Origin: an uncultured bacterium
Lineage (GTDB): Bacteria; Spirochaetota; UBA4802; JAGODF01
Assembly (NCBI GenBank): GCA_937921485.1
Contig: CAKZSV010000016.1
Span: 334-64,333, forward strand
Direction: 5' to 3'
DNA length: 64,000 bases
Shown here piece by piece: positions 10,168 to 21,142 of this stretch; positions within the stretch are counted from its first letter, which is position 1; each line of letters opens with the position of its first letter. A model generated the notes under the pieces. The model did no database searches and was not told where the DNA came from. It was given only the letters and a program-made list of their open reading frames with translations. Made by a program: the position numbers and the translations under genes.

Positions 10168-10507
10168 CGGTTGAATCCTGTGCCATTCTGCGATTATAAT
10201 AATCCGATGGTTTTCCCATGCTAAAGCCATTCGGATAACGAGTTGGTATATAAAATGTATCTAAAAGCTGTGCTTTTTCAAGTATTATTTCAGGAATTTC
10301 GATTTTTTCTTTTATTATTTTCAATATTCCCACTATTGAGTGTCCCCAAACATCGAATCCTAAGAACATCGAAAGCGCTTTAACGGCTTTTTCTGCGGCT
10401 TGCTGAGACGTGAAGCAGCACCAGTTGTAATATCCGTGCTGGAGGTCCAGATGAGCTTTTTGCGCATCGATTGTCGCTTCTTCAAGCCAGTCTTTATATC
10501 GGTTCAT
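10118..10507 (-). CDS. HEPN domain protein
   Basis: QQAAEKAVKA...WGHS...YIPTRYP motifs. Confidence 0.9.
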   Translation of the reverse strand: MNRYKDWLEEATIDAQKAHLDLQHGYYNWCCFTSQQAAEKAVKALSMFLGFDVWGHSIVGILKIIKEKIEIPEIILEKAQLLDTFYIPTRYPNGFSMGKPSDYYNRRMAQDSTDACDEIIKFCKSSISG

Positions 10508-10548
10508 TGCTGATTCTTAAAAAAATTCATTTGTAGTGTGAATGCTGT

Positions 10549-12546
10549 TCAAACGACAGCCATTCCATATCCCGGAATCTTTTTTCCGAGAACCCGCTTT
10601 GCTTTCGCGGTGTGATTGAGCACAATCTTCAATTCCTTTCCTTCCGTATCGGTTCTTCGTATCACTTCAATGCCCATGCCGTACCATTTCGGTTCAAGGC
10701 CTGCCGTTTTGAAAATCTTTCTGTAGAGGAAGAAAATGCCCAAATCATTCAATGAGGTGCCGAGATAATACACGCGGCCGTTGCCGAAATTGTTCACGGT
10801 GATGCAGGGAGATCCGCGGTAAAACTTTTTCCGGTCGGTGTATCGTGCAAGCACTTCGGCGCTGCCGGGCTCCAGAATATCCGCCCATACCTCGCCTTTT
10901 GCGGGAATAAGGCCGATGCGTATGCCGACTTTTTCCTGGCCCAGAGCCTCGAATTCGCGGATTTTCACGCCGGCAAGTTCGGTGAAAAGTCCCGGGAATG
11001 CTTTGCGTATTGTGTGGTTGTTCATATCGCGCGTGCCGCTTCGCCAGCCGAGGATGAGCGTGCCGCCGTCGCGCACCCATTCAGCGAGGTCTTCGACGAA
11101 CTTCGCATCAGCCATCTGATACAGCGGGAGCGATACTATCTTGTAATTTTCAAGCGCAATATTGTGCGGCGTGCGCACGTCTGCATTTATGTTGAAAAGC
11201 ACGTACGGGGCGAAGTGTCTGGCCAGTTCCATCGCGTAGCCGAGCTGCAAATACGGGGAGGGAGTATAATAAAGCCCCTTCGAAAGATATTGCCGCTTTA
11301 TGATGCGGATATTGTCCATCTCATACACAAGGCATGCCTTTGCCGTAACGGGTTCGCTTCCGATGCGGTTGAAAAGCGCGCGATGATTTTTTATGTTTTC
11401 CCTGATGGCGGCATAACGCTTTGTCTCTTCATTATCCGGCTCGATGATGCCGTGGCAGAGCTGCTCCTGCCCGTACGGTACGGTGCGCCAGCGGAAATAG
11501 GAAATGCGGTTTGCGCCGTGCGCAATTGCCTGGTTTGTCCATAACGCCATCTGTGCTTCCGGTGGGCGATACCCCAGGCATGCGTGTCCCTGAAAACCGG
11601 AGATCTGTTCGAGCACCGAGAATGCCCGGTTTTCTTTGAGGCCGCGCACGTGCGAAAGGATGAACGAATTGAAATAATAGGGCAGGGGTTCTTTCATATC
11701 GCCCCACACCGGATAGTTGTCGTAGCCGACGATATCGAGTTTCTGAAAAAGCTTCTGCCAGTCCACCACCGTGCCAATTGGCGGCATATACAGATTGGTG
11801 GTGATGAATTGCTCCCGGCGCACGTGCGCGCGGAGAATGTCCATCTGCCGATGGGCAAACCTTACAGCACTATCGGATGAAAACCGGTCGTAATCCAGCA
11901 GCAGACCCGGGTTGAGGTCAGTACTGAACGGCTCACGCGCCACAGGAGCCTGTTCGAATTGTGTGAGCATGCGACCCCAGAATACATTTCCCCAGGCCTC
12001 ATTGAGCGCGCCAATCGTTTTGTATTGTGCTTTCAGCCACCCATGCCATGCCTTTTTACAGTGGTCGCAGACGCAGATATCGCTTCCCTCATGCGCAATT
12101 TCATTGTCGATTTGCCATCCCGCCACAGCCGGATGTGAGCCGAAATGCTTCGCCACCGCTTCGACGATTTTATCGGCATGTTTTAAGTAGGTGGGAGAAT
12201 TGAGACAGGCCTCGCGGCGGCTTCCCCAATCCTTTATTTTTCCGGAAGGATGAATCCGCACCACTGACGGATCCGTCTCGTAGAGCCATGCGGGCAGGGT
12301 TGCGGTGGGCGTTCCTAAAATCACCGAAAGCCCTTCAGCTTCGCAGAGCTTCAATACTTCATCGAACAGAGAAAAGTCGTACCGGCCCTTTTTCGGTTCA
12401 AGGAGCGCCCAGGCGAATTCCATCAGCCGCACCTCGTCTGCACCCATGGCGCGGATGCGTGCAAGGTCGGATTTCCACAGGGATGTATCCCACTGCTCGG
12501 GATAGTAGACCACGCCGAATTTCACTCCTCGATGCGTTCTGAACAT
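10549..12546 (-). CDS. Beta-galactosidase, GH42
   Basis: YYPEQW, EFAWALLEP, WQIDNE, FRWR...GQEQ; trimerisation domain; no signal peptide. Confidence 0.95.
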   Translation of the reverse strand: MFRTHRGVKFGVVYYPEQWDTSLWKSDLARIRAMGADEVRLMEFAWALLEPKKGRYDFSLFDEVLKLCEAEGLSVILGTPTATLPAWLYETDPSVVRIHPSGKIKDWGSRREACLNSPTYLKHADKIVEAVAKHFGSHPAVAGWQIDNEIAHEGSDICVCDHCKKAWHGWLKAQYKTIGALNEAWGNVFWGRMLTQFEQAPVAREPFSTDLNPGLLLDYDRFSSDSAVRFAHRQMDILRAHVRREQFITTNLYMPPIGTVVDWQKLFQKLDIVGYDNYPVWGDMKEPLPYYFNSFILSHVRGLKENRAFSVLEQISGFQGHACLGYRPPEAQMALWTNQAIAHGANRISYFRWRTVPYGQEQLCHGIIEPDNEETKRYAAIRENIKNHRALFNRIGSEPVTAKACLVYEMDNIRIIKRQYLSKGLYYTPSPYLQLGYAMELARHFAPYVLFNINADVRTPHNIALENYKIVSLPLYQMADAKFVEDLAEWVRDGGTLILGWRSGTRDMNNHTIRKAFPGLFTELAGVKIREFEALGQEKVGIRIGLIPAKGEVWADILEPGSAEVLARYTDRKKFYRGSPCITVNNFGNGRVYYLGTSLNDLGIFFLYRKIFKTAGLEPKWYGMGIEVIRRTDTEGKELKIVLNHTAKAKRVLGKKIPGYGMAVV

Positions 12547-12551
12547 GGCAT

Positions 12552-14573
12552 TTACTCCATGATGATTTTGATGAGATGAACTCCCGGAATGACTTCCTTG
12601 CTTTCAGCATGAGCGCCATTTATGGAATATTTTCCTGCTTTTGCTACGCGCACGAATACCGCGTTCGGCCTTTGCGCGCTGCGATGCAGTTTCACGATGA
12701 AATTTTTTCCAGATGCCTTGAACGAATCAATTTCGCTTGAGGGGAAGATATGCCCCGATGAACCCGCAAGCGACGGCATTCTTTCGGAAAGCCGGAGAAA
12801 GCACTGCGTTTCGTGAGGACGAAGCACGAAGGTCGATGTTCCCGGCACAAAATCAACTTCGCCCGTGCGCGCGTCATTCCGGCAAAAGGCGCCGTCGGGG
12901 AGCGTACACTCGGCAGTTTCATCGCGCAGGTTTGCCCGGACAAAATACGAAAGATTGCCGATGGAAAAACGAATTTCGTACATGCCGCTGTCGTTACGCA
13001 CGGATTCGATGTTTTTAGAACGCAGAGGAAAATGCGCACGATAGTAACGAAGCGTGTTCTCGGAATAGTGTGCCACATCGTCCGAGGTGAACACCAGCCC
13101 GCCGAAAATATTATTTAAAATAAAAAGCGTATTTTTCTCATCGGGAGAAAGTGAATTGTTTTCATCGCGGAGAATGAACACGTCGGGGTCATTGAAAAAC
13201 GCATGGCCGCTCAAATGCCGCCGCCCGATGGTGCTGGTAAGCGAGTGCTTCGTGTCAACGCGCTCGCGGTAGCGCATGAATTTTAAAAGGCGGTCTTCCC
13301 ATTTGAGCGCCACATCTCCGCCTATGCGGCAGTATTCAACAAGTCCAAACGCGGGACCGAGAGGCACGCCGCAGCCCAGAATTTTCTTTCCGCGCACGCA
13401 GCGGCGGAGCAGCTCCATGGCATCGCGCATGATTTTTCCGCGGCTTTTGCCTTTCCTGGGAATGATTGCCGCGGCGTAGAGGAAGTCGAGCTTCACCATG
13501 TCGAAGTTCCAGTCGCGAAGGACTGCGGCAAAAACATCTTCGATATAGCTTCGCGCCTGATCGTGGTAGATGTCGAGCGCGTAGAAATCGCCGCTCCAGC
13601 CGGGGTTCCATCCCGCGGCGATTGGATTTCCCATTTCGTCTTTTACCAGCCAGTTTTTGTGCTGGGAAAAGAGCTGTGATTTTTTTTCGCAGATAAACGG
13701 CGCAAGCCAGAGCCCCGCCATATATCCGGCTTTATGAATTTCATCGGCGATTTTTTTCATGCCATCTGGAAATTCCGGTTTAATCGAACGCCAGTCGCCC
13801 ACCGCGGTCTGATATCCATCATCGATTTGTATGATGTCCAGAGGGATATTGTTTTCGGCAAGCGCGCGCGCATTGCCGAGGATGATGTCTTCAGAAATCT
13901 TTGTATAATAATTATACCAGCTTGTCCAACCGGTGGTCACGTCCGCGCGTGGCTTCAGATTGCAGAGATTGAAATAGCTTTCGAACACTTTTTGCTCTTC
14001 GCCGGTGGCGATGAACACGTCAAGCACAGGAAGATTTCTGTCAAGTTCAAGTCCCTCGCAATCTTTGATGATGGTGAATGCGTGATTGCGCGTCTGGTAT
14101 TGAAAAATCGTATAGCCTTCACTTTCTGAAAGCGAGCCGATAAGCGCAATGGCAGTATTTCTCCGGATATAGGTGTAGGTGTGGGAATGAAATTCACCCT
14201 CCTTTCCCGAATAGGGATAGAAATGAATGTCGCCGTAGCGGTGCATTTTAATCAGGCGCATGATGCCCCGAAGCGGCAGAAGTTTTTCGCCCACGGCAAA
14301 CTCGCGGCTGTCGGTCCATGACTGATAGCCATTGCAATAGACGGTATCGGTTTCAAGGAAATTGAATGCGCATGAAAGATGAAGCGCTCGAAGCACAATG
14401 TTCCCCTCGGGGCGAAGCTGAATTTTCAGGCGCTGTCCGCCCTGCTCCGGTTTTATGGAAGATACGGCAGTGAGTCCCTCGAATTTGTTGTCCTTGCCGA
14501 TGACGATGTTTCCTTCGTATTCGCGCCTGCGGAATTCGTAGCGCACAAAGCCTTCTTTGATGGTGATATTCAT
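12552..14573 (-). CDS. Alpha-galactosidase, GH36
   Basis: GWTSWY, QIDDGYQ, GLWLAPF, VKLDFLY and CRIGGD motifs. Confidence 0.92.
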   Translation of the reverse strand: MNITIKEGFVRYEFRRREYEGNIVIGKDNKFEGLTAVSSIKPEQGGQRLKIQLRPEGNIVLRALHLSCAFNFLETDTVYCNGYQSWTDSREFAVGEKLLPLRGIMRLIKMHRYGDIHFYPYSGKEGEFHSHTYTYIRRNTAIALIGSLSESEGYTIFQYQTRNHAFTIIKDCEGLELDRNLPVLDVFIATGEEQKVFESYFNLCNLKPRADVTTGWTSWYNYYTKISEDIILGNARALAENNIPLDIIQIDDGYQTAVGDWRSIKPEFPDGMKKIADEIHKAGYMAGLWLAPFICEKKSQLFSQHKNWLVKDEMGNPIAAGWNPGWSGDFYALDIYHDQARSYIEDVFAAVLRDWNFDMVKLDFLYAAAIIPRKGKSRGKIMRDAMELLRRCVRGKKILGCGVPLGPAFGLVEYCRIGGDVALKWEDRLLKFMRYRERVDTKHSLTSTIGRRHLSGHAFFNDPDVFILRDENNSLSPDEKNTLFILNNIFGGLVFTSDDVAHYSENTLRYYRAHFPLRSKNIESVRNDSGMYEIRFSIGNLSYFVRANLRDETAECTLPDGAFCRNDARTGEVDFVPGTSTFVLRPHETQCFLRLSERMPSLAGSSGHIFPSSEIDSFKASGKNFIVKLHRSAQRPNAVFVRVAKAGKYSINGAHAESKEVIPGVHLIKIIME

Positions 14574-15742
14574 AATTGCACCTCAGATAAGATTCCCACA
14601 CCGTCCGATGTGGTGCATTGATAAAATTCGGCAGAAAGTCCGGTTTTTTCCTGATATACCTTCCCGACGTGTTCAATGAGTTTTTCGGCGGCATCCCTTT
14701 TCACCAGCGCGATGGCGCATCCCCCAAATCCCGCGCCGGTCATCCGCGCGCCGATGCAGCCTTCCGCGCTTCGTGCCGCGCTTACAAGGGTATCGAGTTC
14801 AAGTCCGCTGACTTCATAATCGTCTTTCAAAGAGGTATGCGATGCGTCCAGAAGCCTTCCCAGTTCTAAAAGATTTCCTTTTTCAAGCGCTTCAACTGCC
14901 GCCTTCACGCGAAGCTGTTCGGTGATGACATGCCGCGCGCGTTGTGCGATAACGGGTTCTCGGATGTCGTGCAAATCATCTTCCACTGCCTCAACAAGAT
15001 ATTTGATATTCTTTTTTTTTTGAATAATTTCAAGCGCTTTCCGGCATTCATAAAGCCGCTCGTTGTATTTCGATTCCACCAGGTTGCGCGGCTTTTTCGT
15101 GTTCATGATGAGGATGAGATACTCGCCAGGCAGAAGGGGCACATGCCTGAACGTGATATCCGAGGTATTCAATAACAGCGCGTGGTCTTTTTTGCCCAGC
15201 GCGATGCTCATCTGGTCCATAATGCCGCACTGCACGCCGATGAACTCGTTTTCCACGCGCTGGCACAGCAGCGCCATCTCGGTGCGGGAGGCATCGTTCT
15301 TTAGCATCGAAGGCTCAAGGATGGCGGCCATAAGGCATTCGATGCATGCCGAAGAAGAAAGGCCGGAGCTTTTCGGAAGCGTGCTTTCAAGGTAGATGTG
15401 CATGCCCGGCGGATGGTATCCTGCTGCTTTCAGATAGCGCACAATGCCGCGCGGAAAATTTCCCCAGGGAGTTGATGCATCGAGAAGAATTTCTTTTGAA
15501 AGCGCAATGCGCACTTCCTGCTCGGGAAAATCAGCGGAGCGAACGACCACCTCATCGCCATCGGTTTCTTTTGCAACTGCATACATGCCCAGGCTGATGG
15601 CCGCAGGAAACACAAGACCGCCATTGTAGTCGATATGCTCGCCAATGATGTTCACCCTGCCGGGGGAAAAGTACACCTTTGCGCCGTGCGCCGGACCGAA
15701 GTGATGCTCAAAGCGCTCAATCGTGTGCGTTATATCATGCAT
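14570..15742 (-). CDS. galK: Galactokinase
   Basis: PGRVNIIGEHIDYNGG, GLSSSA, CGIMDQ, GARMTGAGFGG. Confidence 0.97.
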   Translation of the reverse strand: MHDITHTIERFEHHFGPAHGAKVYFSPGRVNIIGEHIDYNGGLVFPAAISLGMYAVAKETDGDEVVVRSADFPEQEVRIALSKEILLDASTPWGNFPRGIVRYLKAAGYHPPGMHIYLESTLPKSSGLSSSACIECLMAAILEPSMLKNDASRTEMALLCQRVENEFIGVQCGIMDQMSIALGKKDHALLLNTSDITFRHVPLLPGEYLILIMNTKKPRNLVESKYNERLYECRKALEIIQKKKNIKYLVEAVEDDLHDIREPVIAQRARHVITEQLRVKAAVEALEKGNLLELGRLLDASHTSLKDDYEVSGLELDTLVSAARSAEGCIGARMTGAGFGGCAIALVKRDAAEKLIEHVGKVYQEKTGLSAEFYQCTTSDGVGILSEVQL

Positions 15743-17183
15743 GGCCCTGCCATTTCATTGCGCGCGTTACCACATTGTAGGCGCCATCGTAGGTGCCGAT
15801 TTTTTTCTGCTTCACGATGTGCTCGCAGTACATCGAAAGCAAATCGTCCTCGTTGACCAGCAAATCGATTGCCTGAACAATGAAATCCCCGGTTTCGCAT
15901 TCGAGCGTGCCGTCGCCGACCTCGGAGCTTCGGATGGCGCCCCATGCCTCATGTCCGCCCACGCGCTTGATGAGAAGCTTCGGCACCGGATAAAACGCCA
16001 GCTCGCTTGGCTTGGTGATGAGCACATCAGAGGCGCGCATGAGACAATTGGTGGTATAGACTGCCGCGAAGATATCGCGGTTGAAGAAAAGATGCGTGCC
16101 GGAAACATCGCGCGAAAGCGCCGTGCTTGCAAACGAATGTGCATCCTTCCATTCAAGATAGCTTGATGATGAAAGGGAGAGGGAATCGATTTTTTTCTTA
16201 ATCGCTTCATACACATTCTGGTGGTCGCCGCAATTGACAAAAAGCATCGCCGCATCTTTTTGTATGTAGGGCGCAAGATGTTCGATGATGGCTAACGTGA
16301 GGTCGAGCTGCGCGCCGGCACCGCCGATGGAGATGAGAAAGCGCCGCGGTTTTTTCGATTTCATGCGGCGGATGCGTGATGCGCAATCTTTCTCGATGTT
16401 TGTCACCAGCTCGTGGTCGATATTGTGCCCCACCATGGCGATGTCGGTCGCGGGAATAGGCGAAAGCGCCTTTCCTTTTTTGTCCATGTTCTTTAAGGTG
16501 CGATAGCCCATATACACCGACGGCGTCTGAACGCAGTGCAAAGCTCCTTCGGTGAGATGAAGCCCCAAAGGCCAGTTGTCGGGAATCATGTTTATCACGC
16601 GCGATTTGTTCGCTTTCAGCGCTGCCAGCGCCGCCCAGGCGTGGGTGGCAATGACGGGAAGCTCATCAGGCAAATCGCGAAAGAGCGGCGCCATGAGCTC
16701 GCACATATAGGTGAATTCCACATTGGTGGAAAGCTTCTTCATGCCTTCTGCCATCAGCGGTTCCCAGTAGAGGGTGTTGAAAAGCGCGCTTTTCTGCGAA
16801 AGGCGCGAACCGAGCGAATAGAGCTTTTCAATATGACGCACGATTTTTGCGCCGGTGCTGTCCTCGTATGCAAGGATGTCGAGCCAGTAGGGCGTGATGC
16901 CCATGGAATGCGCGGCCGAGGCGATTGACATCGCCGGCCGGTAATGCCCGTAGCCCATGCGGATGGTGCCGAGCACCAGCGCTTTTTTCGTTTTAAGCGG
17001 TTCCCCCCACGGACCGAGGATCAGGTTATGAATACCAAGGATTTTCCCGAGAGTTTGGTTGGCTTCCGCCGTATAGGGAAAACGTCGCGTGTCATCGTGC
17101 TTGAATTTTTTTGCGAAGCTGTCGCGCTTGCGGATTGCTCGCCGTTCAATTGCTGACGGAATATTATTGTTGAATATTTTCAT
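15735..17183 (-). CDS. GT-B fold protein resembling GT28 MGDG synthase/UgtP
   Basis: MGYGH, ATH, IPD, GGAG and MRASDVLITKPSE match the layout of UgtP/MGD motifs; first gene of the galK operon. Confidence 0.6.
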   Translation of the reverse strand: MKIFNNNIPSAIERRAIRKRDSFAKKFKHDDTRRFPYTAEANQTLGKILGIHNLILGPWGEPLKTKKALVLGTIRMGYGHYRPAMSIASAAHSMGITPYWLDILAYEDSTGAKIVRHIEKLYSLGSRLSQKSALFNTLYWEPLMAEGMKKLSTNVEFTYMCELMAPLFRDLPDELPVIATHAWAALAALKANKSRVINMIPDNWPLGLHLTEGALHCVQTPSVYMGYRTLKNMDKKGKALSPIPATDIAMVGHNIDHELVTNIEKDCASRIRRMKSKKPRRFLISIGGAGAQLDLTLAIIEHLAPYIQKDAAMLFVNCGDHQNVYEAIKKKIDSLSLSSSSYLEWKDAHSFASTALSRDVSGTHLFFNRDIFAAVYTTNCLMRASDVLITKPSELAFYPVPKLLIKRVGGHEAWGAIRSSEVGDGTLECETGDFIVQAIDLLVNEDDLLSMYCEHIVKQKKIGTYDGAYNVVTRAMKWQGHA

Positions 17184-17271
17184 ACGTACCCCCGAATGTT
17201 TCGTATCAGATGCGGATATTTTTTTCAAGAAAAATACCCGGCGAACTTCGATTTCTTGAAAAGAGAATAAC

Positions 17272-17300
17272 AATATATCCATAAGGATTTTTCTTGTCAA
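17272..17300 (-). promoter_or_regulatory. sigma70 promoter of the gal operon with embedded operator
   Basis: TTGACA (17300-17295), 17 nt, TATATT (17277-17272). The motif TATATCCATAAGGATTTT lies at 17274-17291. Confidence 0.7.
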
Positions 17301-17351
17301 TCTTTTCGTGCGATGCCATAATGGATAATTCACCTGATCTGGAGGATAATT

Positions 17352-18338
17352 ATGAAGGAAATACTTGTCACCGGCGGTGCGGGCTATATCGGAAGCCATG
17401 TGGTGAAAATGCTGGCTGAGCGAGGGTATCATCCCATCGTGTTTGATTCGCTGGAAAATGGTTTTGCGGAATTCGTGCGCGGGCATGAACTGGTGCAGGG
17501 AAATATCGGCGATTATGCACTGCTTGCGGATATTTTTCGAAAAAGAAACATCGCATGCGTGATGAATTTTGCATCGTACATCGCCGTGGGAGAATCGGTG
17601 CAGCTTCCGCTGAAATATTATGCCAATAATGTGGCGAACACGTTTGAGCTTTTCCGCGCGATGCTCGACTCTGGGGTGAAGCGCTTCATTTTTTCATCGA
17701 CGGCGGCGGTGTACGGCTATCCGGAGGAGGTACCCATCAGGGAGAACGCGAAGCTTTCGCCAATCAATCCCTACGGGCGAACGAAGCTCATGATTGAGCA
17801 GGCACTGCAGGATATTGATGCGGCATCCGGGATGAAATTCATCGCGCTACGCTATTTCAACGCGGCAGGGGCGGATCCAGGCGGCAACATCGGCGAAAGC
17901 CATACCCCCGAGACGCATCTGATTCCGCTTATCCTGCGTTCCATTTTGGAAGACGAGTACACTATCACGGTGTTCGGCACGGATTACCGCACGCACGATG
18001 GCACCTGCATCCGCGATTATATTCACGTCAACGATCTTGCCGATGCGCACATTTTGGCGCTTGAGACGCTTGTATCAAAAGGTGAAAGCGCCGTGTATAA
18101 TCTTGGCAATGGCCGCGGATTTACCGTGCGCGAGGTGATTGATGCGGTGAAGCGGGTTACAGGAAAAAACCCGAAGGTGAAGGAAGGCCCGCGGCGGCCG
18201 GGAGATCCCGATGTGCTGGTGGCATCATCCGAAGAAGCGATGGCGGAACTCGGGTGGAAACCGCAGATGGCGGAGCTTGAGACAATCGTGGAAACGGCGT
18301 GGCGGTGGGAACGGCAGAGAAAGCGAAAGGGGTGGTGA
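17352..18338 (+). CDS. galE: UDP-glucose 4-epimerase
   Basis: TGGAGYIGSH, FSSTAAVYG, YGRTK, DGTCIRDYIHV. Confidence 0.96.
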   Translation: MKEILVTGGAGYIGSHVVKMLAERGYHPIVFDSLENGFAEFVRGHELVQGNIGDYALLADIFRKRNIACVMNFASYIAVGESVQLPLKYYANNVANTFELFRAMLDSGVKRFIFSSTAAVYGYPEEVPIRENAKLSPINPYGRTKLMIEQALQDIDAASGMKFIALRYFNAAGADPGGNIGESHTPETHLIPLILRSILEDEYTITVFGTDYRTHDGTCIRDYIHVNDLADAHILALETLVSKGESAVYNLGNGRGFTVREVIDAVKRVTGKNPKVKEGPRRPGDPDVLVASSEEAMAELGWKPQMAELETIVETAWRWERQRKRKGW

Positions 18339-18391
18339 TGGCAGGGGAAGGGAAAATGACTTCGGAAGGGAAACCGGCTAATGCATCGAGC

Positions 18392-18670
18392 TTATTGCAC
18401 GATGTTTCCCCACTCTTCCGGGAATGGCAGTTTATTGGCTTTATAGTAAAGAATTATAGGGTCATAGTCAAGTCCATTTTCCCAGCAGATGACTTTTATT
18501 TCTGGATGGATTTCCACTTTTTTAAAAAGATTAATATCGGATAGTGTGTGATAAGGCTTAACTGATTGTATAACATTTCTGAAGTCAACTTCTCCGCCGG
18601 TTCCATCCTCGAATTTTACATAGATTATGTATTCTTTAATATATTTTACATGCGCAGGATCATAGTACAT
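18392..18670 (-). CDS. DUF2442-family protein (putative TA partner)
   Basis: VKFEDG...WENGLDYDP pattern; paired with DUF4160. Confidence 0.85.
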   Translation of the reverse strand: MYYDPAHVKYIKEYIIYVKFEDGTGGEVDFRNVIQSVKPYHTLSDINLFKKVEIHPEIKVICWENGLDYDPIILYYKANKLPFPEEWGNIVQ

Positions 18671-18682
18671 GGCATTCCCCCA

Positions 18683-18940
18683 TTAGCTTAATGGTTCAAT
18701 CTTCATTATTTCACCGTTTCTGGAAAGCTCCCAGCACTTTCTAAGGTCATCCTGACGGAGTACTGCCCATTCAGCTACAATGCCGAAAATTTTTGGTGGC
18801 AGTTTTCCCACAAGGATTCCGAAATCATCAATTTTTATAGATGCTTCATACTCATTATATCGCACATGAAAATGAGGAGGATTGTGATCGCTGAAATTCA
18901 TGGTGATGATTATTCCGAGAAATCGACATATTTCAGGCAT
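18683..18940 (-). CDS. DUF4160-family protein (putative TA partner)
   Basis: MPEICRFLGI...DHNPPHFHV signature. Confidence 0.9.
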   Translation of the reverse strand: MPEICRFLGIIITMNFSDHNPPHFHVRYNEYEASIKIDDFGILVGKLPPKIFGIVAEWAVLRQDDLRKCWELSRNGEIMKIEPLS

Positions 18941-19339
18941 GAAACACTCCGGATATTGTTACAAGTATTAACTCATCAGTTGAATTAACTACTATAATCA
19001 TACAAAAATCAAGATCGTAAATCTGAAAAGAGCATGTAATCTGCAAGTATTTCAGAAAACAAATAGATAGAGGCTATGCCTTATTTCTAATGTTAGTAAA
19101 ATAGGTGTTTAAAGGTGTGTCAATAATTTTATTTATCAGACTCAGATATTTTTCCTTGAACATGATCGGTACGCGAAAGTATATGGTGGCTTTCGGGAAA
19201 GTACGAATTGCAGAGTTCGTATGTTATAATAAAATTGCTTTAGGCAATTGCACGAAAAATAGCTTGAAAGTGGGCTTCTGAATCTGAAGTTCAATAGAAG
19301 CTTGCTGCGCTAATGAGCGCATACCCAATTTGCCGATAG

Positions 19340-20881
19340 CTATTTTCCGCTCACCAGCGAAAGCATGGAATCGGCCATTCCGGCAAGCGCCTCTGAATTC
19401 TTTGAAAGATTTTTCGCCGAAGAGATGTTTGTCTGAATGTGCGAGTTGATCTGCGCAACTCTCTTCGTGATCTCATTCATTTCGTGTTCCTGCTTGCGGG
19501 TGGCTTCACGGATGTCGTTCGATTTGGTCTGCACGATATTAATTTTTTCCTGCATATCCGCTTTAATGGACTCCTGCTTGTTGATATGTTCGAAAATTAC
19601 ATTGGATTTATCGCGCACGGAATTGACGATGTCGGCAATTTTCCTGAGCATGTCCACGGTGGTAATGATGTTGTTCATATTTTCAATCGATTTGTCATTA
19701 TTCGATTGTATGAGGTCGGTAATTTCCTTGATGCTGCCAACTGTCTGATCCGAAAGTTTGTTCACCTCCTGCGCTACGACAGCGAACCCTCTGCCGTGTT
19801 CTCCCGCGCGCGCCGCCTCAATCGAAGCGTTGAGCGCCAGAAGCTGAATCTTGTCGAAAATCTCTCCTAAGATTTCCATCACGGATGAGAGCTTCTGCGA
19901 GCTATCGAGCAGTTCCTTTGAATTTTTATCGATGAGCGAGATGGCGCTTTCGCCGGTGCGAGCGATCTGAATCACATCGGAAAAAAACCGTGCGATGTCT
20001 TCCGAACCTGCTTTCAGGAGGTCGATTTCAGAAGCTAAATTATTGATAGTGGATATCAGCTCTTCGAACGAACTATATTGCCCTTCGACGTTGGAGCGTA
20101 TGAGGGAAACAGCTTCCGAAACCTCTCTGGTGGTGGTGTCGATCTCGTCGGAGGCATTGGCCTGTTTTTCAATGGTTTCGGAGAATTCAAACGCGGTTTT
20201 TGCTATTTCCGCTGCCATGTTGTTGAGTTTTTGCGAGCTGTCAATAATCGATGTGTGGATGTTTTTCATGTGATTGAAATTTTCGTCGTTGCGGTTTTTT
20301 TCCTCTCCGATAATGTTGATTGCGTTTTCAAACACGCTGATCGAAAGCATGGCGATGAGATAGGAGAGAGTAAGGGCCGCAACGCCGTCGATAAATCCTG
20401 TTTTGATAATGGGCTTCATGATATCGTCGGCATATTTGCCTTTATGAATAAACATGATGATGTCCGCGGCGATGTATGAAAGAAAAATTCCGGTGGTCAC
20501 TTTGCGGGAGCTGAAAACCGCCGCAAAAAGGATAGTAACGAACATGAAATATTTCAGGCTTACGAAACTTATTTCAGGCTGTTTGGCTAAAAACATAAAA
20601 AACACAATAGCGGAGCATAATATCACGAAAATATTCGATGCAAGCTGAAGCTTGCCTTTTCGTAAAAAATACAGCGTGAGGCATGCGAAAAGCGATGCCG
20701 GTATCGATGATGAAAAAAACTGAATAGCCCGCTCAATGCTTACTGCAAACGAAGCGAATGCGGCGGCGTTCAGGAGTACGATTACCGTAATCGCAAAGAA
20801 CATCACGAGCGACGCTTTTTTTCGGGTGAGGTAATCGCTTGAGTCAAACCGCGCTAAAAGATAGATGCCTATTCCGCGCAT
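19340..20881 (-). CDS. Methyl-accepting chemotaxis protein, multi-TM sensor
   Basis: About 6 N-terminal TMs; [27 protein letters not shown]. Start chosen at the ATG after GGAG. Confidence 0.93.
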   Translation of the reverse strand: MRGIGIYLLARFDSSDYLTRKKASLVMFFAITVIVLLNAAAFASFAVSIERAIQFFSSSIPASLFACLTLYFLRKGKLQLASNIFVILCSAIVFFMFLAKQPEISFVSLKYFMFVTILFAAVFSSRKVTTGIFLSYIAADIIMFIHKGKYADDIMKPIIKTGFIDGVAALTLSYLIAMLSISVFENAINIIGEEKNRNDENFNHMKNIHTSIIDSSQKLNNMAAEIAKTAFEFSETIEKQANASDEIDTTTREVSEAVSLIRSNVEGQYSSFEELISTINNLASEIDLLKAGSEDIARFFSDVIQIARTGESAISLIDKNSKELLDSSQKLSSVMEILGEIFDKIQLLALNASIEAARAGEHGRGFAVVAQEVNKLSDQTVGSIKEITDLIQSNNDKSIENMNNIITTVDMLRKIADIVNSVRDKSNVIFEHINKQESIKADMQEKINIVQTKSNDIREATRKQEHEMNEITKRVAQINSHIQTNISSAKNLSKNSEALAGMADSMLSLVSGK

Positions 20882-21142
20882 GGCTCCCTCCTTGAGGAGT
20901 ATTTTATGGTATTTGCCCGATTTCCTTTTTTTTACGGCAAATGTCATTTTATAATTAACAATTAAAATCCACAACAATTTTTCAAAGTAAAAGTTTTTGC
21001 AGGCATAAAAAGTTTCCGCTTTACTGGGTGGCGTCCAATTTGTGCGTTTATGAAATTATTCTTTACAAAGAAGCAATTATTGATAACATGCTGTTTGATG
21101 CAATCGTGAGAACAATAATTTATCATTAGGATAAGAGGATTT

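Noticed and set aside
18941-19339. ncRNA or riboswitch in the long AT-rich intergenic region
   Set aside because: No recognisable conserved motif or strong structure by eye.
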